Assembly (NCBI RefSeq): GCF_009914755.1
Contig: NC_060930.1
Source: the human T2T-CHM13v2.0 reference genome, Homo sapiens
Reading direction: 5' to 3' (one strand)
Length of the DNA stretch: 64,000 nucleotides
A program made the translations under genes and the position numbers. Below, piece by piece: positions 63,832 to 64,000 of this stretch; position 1 is the stretch's first letter; each line of letters starts with the position of its first letter. The notes beneath the pieces were generated by a model. That model was given only the letters and a program-made list of their open reading frames with translations, had not been told where the DNA came from and did not search any database.

Positions 63832-64000
63832 CTACTGACACAGTGTTAATGGCTCCTCCAGGACCATAGCTTGTCTATAGGCTGTCCATAAAACCTTTTC
63901 TGGAAAAGGAGCTGGAGAGCTAAAGTAGGGTCTATAGATACAATTCAAATTCTACATAATGCACCCTAGACTGCTGCTTTCTATCCAAAATAGGCACTTG
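63832..64000 (-). pseudogene. Weak candidate coding remnant at window edge
   Basis: Unique sequence reading NLNCIYRPYFSSPAPFPEKVLWTAYRQAMVLEEPLTLCQ*; splice sites not identified. Confidence 0.3.

Overview
Primate DNA, almost certainly human given an AluYd8 copy at ~34.9 kb. It is AT-rich, repeat-dense and intronic or intergenic, with no intact protein-coding gene, CpG island, rRNA, tRNA or CRISPR array. Most of the window is transposon-derived: an ERVL provirus remnant (MLT2 LTR plus gag/pro/pol, minus strand, running off the left edge), solo LTRs (MER34, MER77, LTR8/26-like, LTR16, MLT1/2, MST, THE1), DNA-transposon relics (MER5A, MER8, MER44 x2, MER47, MER2, MER45, MER75/piggyBac, Charlie), several old L1s, a near full-length L1PA8-10-type element (50.8-58.9 kb), about 30 Alus and a BC200 (BCYRN1) retrocopy. 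The unique islands between repeats hold a series of minus-strand exon-like blocks with AG/GT boundaries (~4.5-64 kb). Their conceptual translations contain stops and frameshifts but retain RGS-domain-like motifs in the expected order. This suggests a decayed, intron-containing (possibly unitary) pseudogene of a multi-RGS-domain protein. Repeat family names come from recalled consensus sequences, not a database run, so subfamily calls are tentative.
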